Origin: the human T2T-CHM13v2.0 reference genome, Homo sapiens
Strand: one strand, 5' to 3'
Length of the DNA: 64,000 bases
Assembly (NCBI RefSeq): GCF_009914755.1
Contig: NC_060931.1
Part shown: positions 1 to 16,162 of the stretch, in pieces
Position numbering within the stretch: position 1 is the stretch's first letter
Layout: the number at the start of each line of letters is the position of its first letter
Notes under the pieces: generated by a model
The model's input: only the letters and a program-made list of their open reading frames with translations
What the model was told of the DNA's origin: nothing
Databases searched by the model: none
Position numbers and translations under genes: made by a program

Positions 1-1200
1 AAAGAATTTTGATTATTAATCAGAATAATAATTATTAACTTTTAATCTGCATTAAATATTAATAATTATTTCTCTAGATTACTGCATTTAGTCTTTTTGT
101 AAGTAAGTAATTGAAAAACTAAATGACTAGGACTATATAACTTGAGTCCAATTTAAAATGATGAACTTAAATCTACAGAATTCCCTACCACACATTTAAA
201 ACAATTGCTTGTTCTAGTGATTAACAGTTAGAATAGGAGGGCACCAACCTAGTATGTTTACTCTCACTTCTTTTCTCTAAGTCGATATGCTTTATTCAGA
301 GATTCCAAGTAGGTAAACTTGGTATTCGTGGCACATACATGAATAGAAGCCTGTGAAAGATCATGAGTAAACATTAAGATCCAAAGTTCTGATCCATGGG
401 GTCATCAGGCTATTTATCTTGCTTGTTTATATTTGTCTTGCCAGTGAAAATCATAAGATATGGCACCTTAGTGTGTATTACTAGACAATAACTGCAAAAT
501 CAAATAATAGATCATACACTTCAGTAAAAGGCAAACATATAAAAATGATTGAGATTTAGAGAACCTTTTTTCCCCCTTAGAAAAATAGAGATTTAAGAAT
601 GAAAGCATATTCTTTTAATTTAATTCAAGTCAAGGTTACTTTTCCATGATGTTAGGGTAATAGAGGCCTTATAGATAATATTCTCATAAAATTTATCTTC
701 CAAATATGTACACTTGAGATATAAAAAGAATCAATGAATTAAATTATTCTGTTGAAAGCAACTTTTAAGAATAAAAATCTACAGAAAAAAAGAATTAATA
801 ATATAATTGTCTGACCTCCCTTGAATGGAGAATTTCAAGGGCTCTGAAAGCCATTTAAAGTCACTAAAGATTTTGTAAGTGTACTTTTTAAACCAGGCTT
901 GGTTAAACCTCAAAGTGATGATTACTTAGTGATTCCCAATAGGTTCTTGGCCACTAACAGAAGCAATATACTAAATACACTCATTTCTTACCAGCCTTTC
1001 TGTGTTAGAACCCACAATCACGCCTCAATTCTGCCCCTTTGAACAAGCCTCGCTATTCTAAAAGCTGTATTTGACAGTGTAATGCTTTAGAACAGTCACT
1101 TAATTATTATTTCAAATCATCTTCAACAGTTTACTGATATAGCTGGGGATGGCATGGTAAGACATTTTCTCTTGTCTCCTTTCAGTTCATAAAATGCCTA

Positions 1201-1232
1201 TGCAATTTCTGGCCATTGCAGTAGATGGCAGT
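1201..1232 (+). promoter_or_regulatory. Candidate CTCF site with upstream (U) motif
   Basis: Core GCAGTAGATGGCAG (1218-1231) matches CCASYAGRKGGCRS with one mismatch; TGCAATTTC starts 17 nt upstream, the usual U-motif spacing. Confidence 0.5.
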
Positions 1233-1706
1233 GTCTTAAAACTTCCTCTGTTTGCAAATCAGGCTGGTTGGATGATTGTCTGTAATCAGGCTATTTATAT
1301 TATATATAGATGAGTCTATACAAAACAGTCATGCTTTGATTCTTGCATTTATTACTTCCTGGGCAAATGCTAAAAGGCAATGAAACTTGAAATAGCAAAC
1401 TATCTGTGTACTTGAGAGTTGTCAGATGTTACTTGGGGAGTACATAACATTCTCTAAGTTATAGTAGCAGGAAAAGTCAAGGTTAAATTGTATTAATAAT
1501 GGTTATCAGCAGAGACTAATAGGGCCCAGAAAATATTAAATGTGCTTTAAAAGGAACGCAATACTGAAATACAAGTTTATATCTTATATATTGGACATTT
1601 AGTAAACCCACGCGAGGTGAAATTATTCTCCGCATTGAAAAACTTTTCTGACATTTAGATTTGCATTGGAAATCTAGAACATGCTTTTGGCTATTGTGAT
1701 CAGTAA

Positions 1707-2019
<313 letters not shown>

Positions 2020-2180
2020 ATGTTATTTATTTTCATTGATTATTATAGGCATATATGTCCTGACTTTTGCCAACTGCACTTAGAAGCAGTTGTTTAAGTT
2101 TTTTTTTCTTTTTTGTTCATTGCGTCTTTTTATCTTATAGCTACAATGAAAATAAAATTTTCTCCATTACCCCATGCTGA

Positions 2181-2290
2181 TTACTACAAGCCCTCCAGAA
2201 ATTATTTTCCTACAATTAGAGAAACTTTAACTGTAATGAGTTAAGGCTCCTCTAATTGAAGGAAAGTAATTTCTGGAGGGTTTGTAGTAA
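2181..2290. repeat. Long inverted repeat (52-bp arms, 6-nt loop)
   Basis: 2181-2232 matches the reverse complement of 2239-2290 at 46 of 52 positions without gaps. Confidence 0.9.
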
Positions 2291-2673
2291 ACAAGCTTAG
2301 CCCCCGATTATTTTGTGGACTCCATCCTTCTCCAGCCTGGCACTTTATTCTTTTCCAACACTGCCTGTATACAAAATACTAAACATTTCATCAACCAGTC
2401 ATGAGCAGTGGTTCTGAAAATCTTTTTCATACATACCCAATATGTGTTGTTCCTATTTAAGACCAATCCCTGCATCTCGCCCTCAGTCCTACTTCCTACT
2501 GCTTCCTTGGGAGTTTTGCTCCATTGATTATTCGTTATCTTCTGTCTCTTAAACTTTTGTTTTTTCATTGGCATCCTCCTCTCATTGTAGAAACAGACTC
2601 AGTATTGCCTATCCTAAAACAATTAAATTTAAAAGCTTTTCCCTTGGTTCAGAATAGCATTTTTGTTATTGCC

Positions 2674-3046
2674 TGTATTAGTTAGCTCAGGCTGCCAAAA
2701 TAAACTATCACAGACTGGATGGCTTAAACAACAGAAATTTGTTCTTACAGTTCTGAATGTTTGAAGTCTGAGAACAGGGTGCCAGCATGGTTAGTGACTG
2801 GTGGAGGCTGTCTTCCTGCCTTATAGATGGCCACCTTCTTGATGTGTCCTCACATGGTGGAGAGAGCAAGTGACTTCTTTCTCTTTCTCTCCTCATAAGG
2901 CCACTAATCCCATCATGAGGGCCCCACCCTCATGGCCTAATCTAACCCCAATCACCTCCCAAATGCCGCATCTCCAAGTACCATCACTTTGCGGGATAGT
3001 ACCTCACCATGAGTTTAAGGGAGATACAAACATTCAGTTCATAACA
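2674..3046 (-). mobile_element. MaLR solo LTR (MLT1A/MLT1A0-like)
   Basis: TG...CA termini (tgtattagtt...cataaca); typical ggcttaaacaacagaaattt and actaatcccatcatgagggccccaccctcat motifs; 5-bp TSD ttgcc/ttgtc. Confidence 0.85.
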
Positions 3047-3059
3047 TTGTCCCCATTTC

Positions 3060-3490
3060 CCTTCCTCTGGAGCCTTTCAGATAACATTTTGGAAGAAATA
3101 AGCTTCAGTGCCTGCTCCCTTTTGTCACTTCTCATTTTCCCACAATCATTTACAATTTGGCCTCTGTCCTCACAATGTGACTAAAATCACTAAGATCACC
3201 AAAGACATTATGCTTGTCAAGTCCAAAGACTGCTTTTTCTGTTCTTATTTTACTTGACCTCTCTTTAGTGGAATGCTGTTGGCCATTTTATTCCTTCTTG
3301 GCTTCCTCATTTGGCTTCCAAGAAATGATACTATTTTCTGTCTCTTCCTAATTCTAGAGTTTCTCCTTCTCAATCACATTGGATTGTCAACAACTTCAAG
3401 TCAATGTTTCACCCTCAGTAATCTTCTCTTCTTAATCTATACCATCTCCTTTGATTCATTACATGTCTTAATTACTGCCTGTGTGCTGTG
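3060..3490 (+). mobile_element. L2 fragment
   Basis: Degenerate L2 motifs (aagatcaccaaagac, cttgacctctct); boundaries approximate. Confidence 0.55.
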
Positions 3491-3699
3491 GTAGACCTTT
3501 CTCAGACCTACTGTAATGCAAATGAAAACCTGTAGCACTGTGCAAGTTATTTAAATAAGCATTCCTAAGATGGATCTGAAGTCTTTTCCCTTATTGATTC
3601 TGCTTTTGTCATTTGTTTTTTAAATGAAAACAAATTTATTATCTCATTTCTGTAGGAAAAAATGTTCAAATATATATTTCTAAATCTCTGTGATGGTCT

Positions 3700-4560
3700 T
3701 TCTTAGTTTTCTCTTATCCACATGAATCTATTGCTTTTCAGTTACCATAGTGTCCAGGTTGCTCCAATCACCACTGGATACTTCACAATTTGTCTATGTC
3801 TTCCTTAAGATGTGCTGCTAAAAAAATAAAATACAGTATTCCAGACATAAACTGTTCAGCCTAGAAGTCAAGAAACTATTAATCTCATGCTCTTGACTCT
3901 ATTCTTTTAAAGGCGGATTGATGTTCTATGTGTTGTTTGGCAGCAAACTCACATTGCTTGACACTGGCTCACGTTAAGTTTTTTTTTTTCCTGTGTGAAA
4001 AACAACCTCTTTCCATACTTTCAAAGCATACATTTTTTAATGAAAAATACAGGAATTATCATTTATTTCTACTGAATTTCACGCTATAGATTTTAATCCA
4101 GTGTTCTAGCTCATAGGGATACTGAATTGTAATTATGTGATCTATGGTATAAGTTCTTTCTATTGCATAAATCATCATTCCTAATTTTGACCTCTGAAAT
4201 CTTGCTTTCTGGGAGTTCAACCAAGTCACTGATATTGTTGACTTCAGTCACTTAAGTAAAGGAAGAGCCTCTAACACGCTACTGGAGATGCGGCTCTATT
4301 GGCAGTGCTGTGTGTCAAGATTCACTCAGGAAGTGGCAAACGACATCCACATGATGTCATTCATAAGCACCTACAGTGGTTGTGAAAGCTCCCATGACTC
4401 ACCCATGGTACTGTCATGTCAACAACCCACTCATGAGACTGTCATTAAAATACACTTTAAATATTTATTAGAAATCAAGATATATCAAATGTCTATGCTG
4501 TTTCTCTGTTCTACCAAACCAAAATCTCATCCAAAAGGGAAAAGACTACTATAATATGAT
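3700..4560 (-). mobile_element. CR1/L3-like fragment
   Basis: acagtattccaga and ggctcacgttaag segments resemble reverse-strand CR1/L3; highly diverged. Confidence 0.4.
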
Positions 4561-5050
4561 TGTTCTTTCTGAACTCATTTCTGTAGCCAATGAGTACTAT
4601 GATTTCTGTTAAATAAATACTCTGTTTTGTCATGTCTAAGACTTTCACTTTACCTTGATTTTAATTTTCAGAGAAATTACAATTTAACTTTTTATTTTCT
4701 TTCTCATTTGCATACTTGCCTTGAATAATTAGGATAGATCACTGGCCAGAGAGAATTCCTCCATCAAGAATTGCTTCACACAGTCGGGAGCCAAGATGGC
4801 CGAATAGGAACAGCTCCAGTCTACAGCTCCCAGCGTGAGCGATGCAGAAGATGGGTGATTTCTGCATTCCCATCTGAGGTACCGGGTTCATCTCACTAGG
4901 GAGTGCCAGACAGTGGGCGCAGGACAGTGGGTGCAGCACACCGTGCATGAGCCAAAGCAGGGCGAGGCATTGCCTCACTCGGGAAGCGCAAGGGGTCAGG
5001 GAGTTCCCTTTCCTAGTCAAAGAAAGGGGTGACAGACGGCACCTGGAAAA

Positions 5051-5233
5051 TCAGGTCACTCTCACCCCAATACTGTGCTTTTCCGACGGGCTTAAAAAAC
5101 GGCACACCAGGAGATTATATCCCGGACATGGCTCGGAGGGTCCTACGCCCAGGGAGTCTAGCTGATTGCTAGCACAGCAGTCTGAGATCAAACTGCAAGG
5201 TGGCAGCGAGGCTGGGGGAGGGGCGCCCGCCAT
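5051..5233 (-). pseudogene. L1 ORF0 (antisense), truncated to 60 aa
   Basis: MAGAPPPASLPPCSLISDCCASNQ... is the ORF0 N-terminus; ends at TGA 5053-5051 where the consensus has CGA. Confidence 0.85.
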
Positions 5234-5822
5234 TGCCCAGTTAGTTGTTTGATTAGGTAAACAAAGCAGCTGGGAAGCTCCAGCTGGGTGGAGCCCACCA
5301 CAGCTCAAGGAGGCCTGCCTGACTCTGTAGGCTCCACCTCTGGGGGCAGGGCACAGACAAACAAAAAGACAGCAGTAATCTCTGCAGACTTAAATGTCCC
5401 TGTCTGACAGCTTTGAAGAGAGCAGTGGTTCTCCCAGCATGCAGCTGGAGATCTGAGAATGGTCAGACTACCTCCTCAAGTTAGTCCCTGACCCCTGACC
5501 CCCAAGCAGCCTAACTGGGAGGCACCCCCCAGTAGGGGCAGACTGACACCTCACATGGCCAGGTACTCCTCTGAGACAAAACTTCCAGAGGAACGATCAG
5601 ACTGCAGCATTCGCGGTTCACGAAAATCTGCTGTACTGCAGCCACCGCTGCTGGTACGCAGGCAGACAGGGTCTGGAGAGGACCTCTAGCAAACTCCAAC
5701 AGACCTGCAGCTGAGGGTCCTGTCTGTTAGAAGGAAAACTAACAAACAGAAAGGACATACACACCAAAAACCCATCTGTACATCACCAGCATCAAAGACC
5801 AAAAGTAGATAAAACCACAAAG

Positions 5823-6839
5823 ATGGGGAAAAAACAGAGCAGAAAAACTGGAAACTCTAAAAAGCAGAGTGCCTCTCCTCCTCCAAAGGAACGCAGTTCC
5901 ACACCAGCAACGGAACAAAGCTGGTCGGAGAATGACTTTGACGAGTTGAGAGAAGAAGGCTTCAGACGATCAAACTACTCCAAGCTACAGGAGGAAATTC
6001 AAACCAAAGGCAAAGAAGTTAAACACTTTGAAAAAAATTTAGACGAATGTATAACTAGAATAACCAATAGAGAGAAGTGCTTAAAGGAGCTGATGGAGCT
6101 GAAAGCCAAGGCTCGAGAACTACGTGAAGAATGCAGAAGCCTCAGGAGCCAATGCGATCAAGTGGAAGAAAGGGTATCAGTGATGGAAGATGAAATGAAT
6201 GAAATGAAGTGAGAAGGGAACTTTAGAGAAAAAAGAATAAAAAGAAACGAACAAAGCTTCCAAGAAATATGGGACTATATGAAAAGACCAAATCTACGTC
6301 TGATTGGTGTACCTGAAAGTGACGGGGAGAATGGAACCAAGTTGGAAAACACTCTGCAAGATATTATCCAGGAGAACTTCCCCAATCTAGCAAGGCAGGC
6401 CAACATTCACATTCAGGAAACACAGAGAATGCCACAAAGATACTCCTTGAGAAGAGCAACTCCAAGACACGTAATTGTCAGATTCACCAAAGTTGAAATA
6501 AAGGAAAAAATGTTAAGGGCAGCCAGAGAGAAAGGTCGGGTTACCCTCAAAGGGAAGCCCATCAGACTAACAGCGGATCTCTCAGCAGAAACTCTGCAAG
6601 CCAAAAGAGAGTGGGGGCCAATATTCAACGTTCTTAAAGAAAAGAATTTTCAACCCAGAATTTCATATCCAGCCAAACTAAGCTTCATAAGTGAAGGAGA
6701 AATAAAATCCTTTACAGACAAGCAAATGCTGAGAGATTTTGTCACCACCAGACCTGCCCTAAAAGATCTCCTGAAGGAAGCACTAAACATGGAAAGGAAC
6801 AATCAGTACCAGCCACTGCAAAATCATGCCAAAATGTAA
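5823..6839 (+). pseudogene. L1 ORF1p, 338 codons with a single nonsense codon (R130*)
   Basis: MGKKQSRK...NHAKM; ORFs 5823-6212 and 6279-6839 are in the same frame, separated by TGA at 6210-6212. Confidence 0.95.
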
Positions 6840-6902
6840 ACACCATCAAAGCTAGGAAAAAACTGCGTCAACTAATGAGCAAAATAACCAGCTAACATCA
6901 TA

Positions 6903-10729
<3,827 letters not shown>

Positions 10730-12924
10730 ACAATGAGAACACATGGACACAGGAAGGGGAACATCACACTCTGGGGACTGTTTTGGGGTCGGGGGAGTGG
10801 GGAGGGATAGCTTTAGGAGATATACCTCATGCTAAATGACGAGTTAATGGGTGCAGCACACCAGCATGGCACATGTATACATATGTACTAACCTGCAGAT
10901 TGTGCACATGTACCCTAAAACGTAAAGTATAAAAAAAAAAAAAAAAAAGAATTGCTTCATTTTTCTAAGGTGTTTCACTGATACAATTCTGCAGCATGGT
11001 TTGTTACAGTGATTAGAAATTCCTCATAATCTGAATAATATGGATTCCTTTCCCTGAATAAGTCTTACCACTGTGTCACACAAGAGCCCAAAAATATAAA
11101 ATGTATGCCTTTATTGTGCCTTGCATGTCAGAGTCTCCTAAGCAAGATAGTGAAGTTCGGAGTGGTTTTTATTCAGTACTTTAATCCTAGACATGTGAAC
11201 ATAAGCATATTTCAGGAAACCCTGATTAGCTACATTATGGGTTTGTATCGCACTCTGTTACAAATATTTCAAACACTTTGATTGGAGTATAAATGCTTAG
11301 CCTCAAGATTATTCCACCTTCAAAAATATTGCCTCATAATGAACAGTTGTGGATCCTTTCCTCCCAATCTTCACACGTTTCCAGAAACGTCTTAACCAAG
11401 CAAATACACATGTATAAATGCCACCACCTCTGAGTTTTGCCCATTCTTGACTTTACTCTATTCGTCATTAGAGTCTTACTCAACAGGGCAGAACAACTCT
11501 AGCTGCTCAGCCTTCTGCCCACTTACCACCAGGCTGTGTTTCCCCTGGAGCTTCTCCCTTAAGTCTACTCCTATCACTGACAACCTCCTCATTATTACAG
11601 CCTTCATAGTCTATCTTCCCAAGCTTACATTTTCAACACCCATAACAGCATTTGCAGTTAGATGGAATCTCATGTACACTGAAGTATAAATCTTCCAGGT
11701 GTTTACTCTTGGTTTCTAGCTGTAAAATGAGACACTTTGATTCCTGTGAAAATAGTATCAGACCATAGCCAGCAGGTAAAAGAAAGTGTTTTGTTTTGTT
11801 TTGTTTGTGTGTCGGGGGGAGTTATCTCCTCCTTGATCCTGAATCAAGATTACGTCTAAAGCTGTCCCTGAAAGTAAAGCTTCATTTAGGATGCTTGGGA
11901 TAAAGGGGAGTTTCGTCAGAATTCAGAATGGGTAGTGGAGATTCTGGTCAGCCCCTTAAGACAACTATTTAAAGAAAGCCACGGAGGAAAGTTTTGGGAA
12001 GAAAAATAAAAACACGCACCCTCCCCAAATTTTATTATATGTAGCAATTAATTTGACTAGTTATGTAATTGTTGGGTCGATCTTAATCTATAGGAAGGTT
12101 CAACGCAAAGAATCATAAAAGATCTCTAGGATAGTAAAAATTGAAGTTACATTTTGACCTCTCTGTCAGCCAAAAGAAAATCAAATAACATATCTCCTTT
12201 ATAATTTTAGGACTCCCTGTTCCTTAAGAACTGTATTGAAATTGTATGTTTGTTTCACAAACCTCATGAGTTATAATGAGTTATTGAATAGCGTAGTAAG
12301 CAGCACTTGACTGAAGTTAATTCTATACTCCTGATGGAAGAAAAAGTCTTACATGAGGTCAATTGTAATTTCAGATAAAAAATGATTAAGTCATGGTTCT
12401 TAGTGAGGTTGGTTGAGACAGGAAAATATTGGTCCCTCTGTTAAGTAGCCATGTTGGAGATCAACAGATGATCCATCCAGCCAAATTTTCGAGTTCTACT
12501 GTAACTCTACGTATTGACACACCATTGTCAATTCCCCGTGCAAGACCAATTTCATGCGGGAAAGAAAAAGCCCAGGAAGTGTGAAAGTAATCTTTGTTTC
12601 ATAAAAATTAATCTACCCCTCAAATTGATTCAAATTATAAAAAATGCAGTATTTCATCTGGAAGAGTGAGATTTTAATCTTTGACACTCTACAGCAAGTT
12701 GAAGGGGTAGTATATGAGTGAGGCTGACATGAGAAGTTTCTCATGATAAGTTTCTCATGTTTACTTAGTTTCCCAGCTATAAAAACCAAAGAAAAGAAGG
12801 CCATATTAAGTATTAGTATAGATTTCCATAAATATAATAAGGATCTATTATTATTACATACACTATATGAGGAAGGCTAGCAACTTGAGGCATAGTGGGA
12901 ACTTCTAAGCAAGTAGTTCATGTT

Positions 12925-13269
12925 CAGCATGTATTGCTTAACAGCAACAACAACAGGGACAAATTCTGAGAAATGTGTTGTTGGGCAATTTCTTCATTGT
13001 GTGAACATCATAGAGTGTGCTTGCACAAAGCTAGATGGTGTAGCCTATTCACACCTAGGCTATATGGTATAGCCTATTGCTCCTAGACTGCAAACCTATA
13101 CAGCATCTCACTGTACTTAATACTGTAGGCAATTGTAACACAATGGTAAGTATTAGTGTATCTAAATATAGAAAATGTACAATAAAAATATGGCATCATA
13201 ATCTTGTGGGAGTACTGTCATATGTGGTGCCCATTGTTGACTGAAACAAGGCTATGCAGTGCGTGATTA
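12925..13269 (+). mobile_element. Tigger3a (MER7A-like) DNA transposon
   Basis: ttctgagaaatg...aacatcatagagtg...cacacctaggctatatggtatagcctattgctcctag...ggcaattgtaacacaatggtaagtatt; ~345 bp. Confidence 0.88.
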
Positions 13270-14689
13270 TACACTGCGTGCTTATGAGACAGGGATAACT
13301 GGAATGCGTATGTTTGTTTGGTTGATTTATTCTTGCTAATAAAATAAACCTTAAATGCTGGAATTTTTGTGTAACTCAAAAAAAGTTTTTCATCCAGATA
13401 TTTTGAATAAATATCTTTTAAAATATAGTCTTCCTTAGAATGGTAGGGAGATACTACATACATAGATATATGTATCTTTATTCACTTATGTTGGCATATT
13501 TTCAAAGAAATTGAAACTGGAGAAAGGTATGAAATCTACTATGTAAATGCAAAAGTCCAGTTTCAGTGAAATTGGTATTCTATCAAAGGTAGGAGGTTGT
13601 CTAGTGACTAAATGCAAATGAATGAATGACTTGCTAACATATCTAATTCCACCTACATAAAGCAGATGGCCTTCTGAGGTCACTCAATATCCCTCAGTCA
13701 TCTTTCTCCTCTCTGTCCAGGATTAATTAGGATTGATTGAAAAAATAGTGATCTTAAACTATTTCTACTGCTTTGGTGTTAGCTTTTGCACTGTATCTCT
13801 CTCTCTTTTTAATGTGACTGGTAGAAACCATTCAGAAACAAGTCTTTGGGAATGGGGTGCCTGTTTCTATAAGAATAAATAAGTTTAGCTGAATAGAGAG
13901 TCACAAGCATCTTATGCAACATAGAGAACTCTATACCAGCAAAATCAAGTGATCCAGGTAATGGAATAGCCCTAAACTTCATGGGAACTTCTGAGTAAGT
14001 AGTTCATGTTTGGCATCTCCAAATAGCATCAAGGTCACGTACTGCTGATCTTGCTTAAGAATTTGCATTGTCTTCACACAAAAGCTGTGGCTTCTTGTGA
14101 AACAACCGAAGCAGGGCTCACAAAGTGGGTAGCAATCAGATGATTGCTGAAAGTTTTTAGTAAAGGTAGACCATGAAGCAAGGAGCATGTGTTTTAAGGA
14201 AATGAAGCTCTGCAAACAGCAGTCTTCCTTAGAGTATACCGTTCTCCTGTCGGGAAAGAAGAGCTGGTCACGAATGGACATTTTTAGCCACAGCTGGGCT
14301 ATTGTACCTAGCAATAACAGAAGCAGTAGCAGCAGCAATAATATGAATGTATGGGTTTATATACTGGTGCCTATATGTCATATGTGTTTCTATATGTTGT
14401 GTTACTTAAACTTACTGAAGAGGTACATCTCAAATTGTATGTGAAGTTTATTCATTTAAGAAAAAGGCATTACAGGAAGATTTTACCTTTCAGTAATCTG
14501 TGGTCTCTTGATTTTAAAATAATCCAGTGTTCTCAGTAAAGACCTGTGTTTGCTTGGGAAAAAGCCAAATTAGCATTGAGAGAGTGTTAAAATATGGAAC
14601 AGCATGGTAGGTGATGAGCAGAATAGACTGGGTTGATCTATAACTCCCCAAAGCATGGGAATCAACATTTTCACCTTTTGAAAGGATTA

Positions 14690-15085
<396 letters not shown>

Positions 15086-15479
15086 TTAACCCAGTTGCAT
15101 ATTGAGGAGCAGTTACAGTCCTTCAAGATTTATGTAACACTTATAGCAGTATAATTTATTTACAAAGAGCTTCTTTGATGTGCTCTTTGAAACGGCCCAG
15201 TAAAATCATATGTCTTCCACCCAAATAATGTTTGATTTGAATTCCAAATTCAGTCCTGGAAAGGAATGCAGACAGTCAAGTGCATTTTGCTTTGGGCAGG
15301 AGCCATGTAAGGATTCCACATGAGCTGCCCTGAGCTGTCTGGGCTCAGTAAGGCCTCCTGAGGCTACCTTCTTTATCAGCATGGTACCTTGAAGGCAGTG
15401 ATGGTTAATACTGTGATTTTCCACTGGTTACCATCTGCTCACTCTTCTGTTGGTTGTCTCAATTTTGTCACAAGGGATT

Positions 15480-15770
15480 ACCCCTCCCTCCCTCACTAGA
15501 TACAAGCTTGATGGATGTATCAATCAAGGTGTCCTGACATCCTCTGGCCAAGGGTTAGAACTGTGACCCAATCAAGGCCATTAGAGGGTCTCTTCTGGGG
15601 ATTTGACTTCTGAACTGAAACTGATACAGGAAATAATCTGTTTCAATCATGGCTCTTGAAGAGACTGTCCATTGGCTCTTGTAGTACTGAGGTCCCCAGA
15701 CAGCTCTAGACCCTCTCTTTACTGTAGACTTCCTTATTTGAATTTGCAAGTCACCCCAACAATTTACTTT
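15480..15770 (+). mobile_element. ERVL LTR fragment (LTR16-like)
   Basis: gtgacccaatcaaggccattagag...ggggatttg motif resembles LTR16; diverged. Confidence 0.4.
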
Positions 15771-15892
15771 CCCTTCCCTTCCCTTCCCTTCCCTTCTTTT
15801 CACTTCCCTTCCCTTCTCTTCCTTTCCCTTCCCTTACCCTCCCTCCCCCTCCTACTCCACCCCCTCCTCCCCTCCCTTCTTCTCTTTTCTTT
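15768..15892. repeat. (CCCTT)n / polypyrimidine tract
   Basis: Pentamer repeats grading into CCT repeats at the tail position of the adjacent Alu. Confidence 0.9.
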
Positions 15893-16162
15893 TAAGGCAG
15901 TCTTACTCTATCACCCAGACATAGTGGCACGGTCATGGCTCACTGTAGCCTCAAACTCCTGGGCTTAAGCAGTCCTTCCACCTCAACTTCCCAAGTGGCT
16001 AGGACTAAAGGTGCGCACCACAATACCTGGCTAATTTTTATTAATTTTTATTTTTTTGTAGAGATAAGGTCTTGCTATGTTTCCCAGGCTATTCTCCAAC
16101 TCCTGACCCTCCAGCCTCAGCCTTCCAAAGTGCTGGAATTACAGGCATAAGCATGGCACCAG
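15893..16162 (-). mobile_element. AluJ
   Basis: gctcactgtagcctcaaactcctgggcttaagcagtcc (J-type); diverged. Confidence 0.85.
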
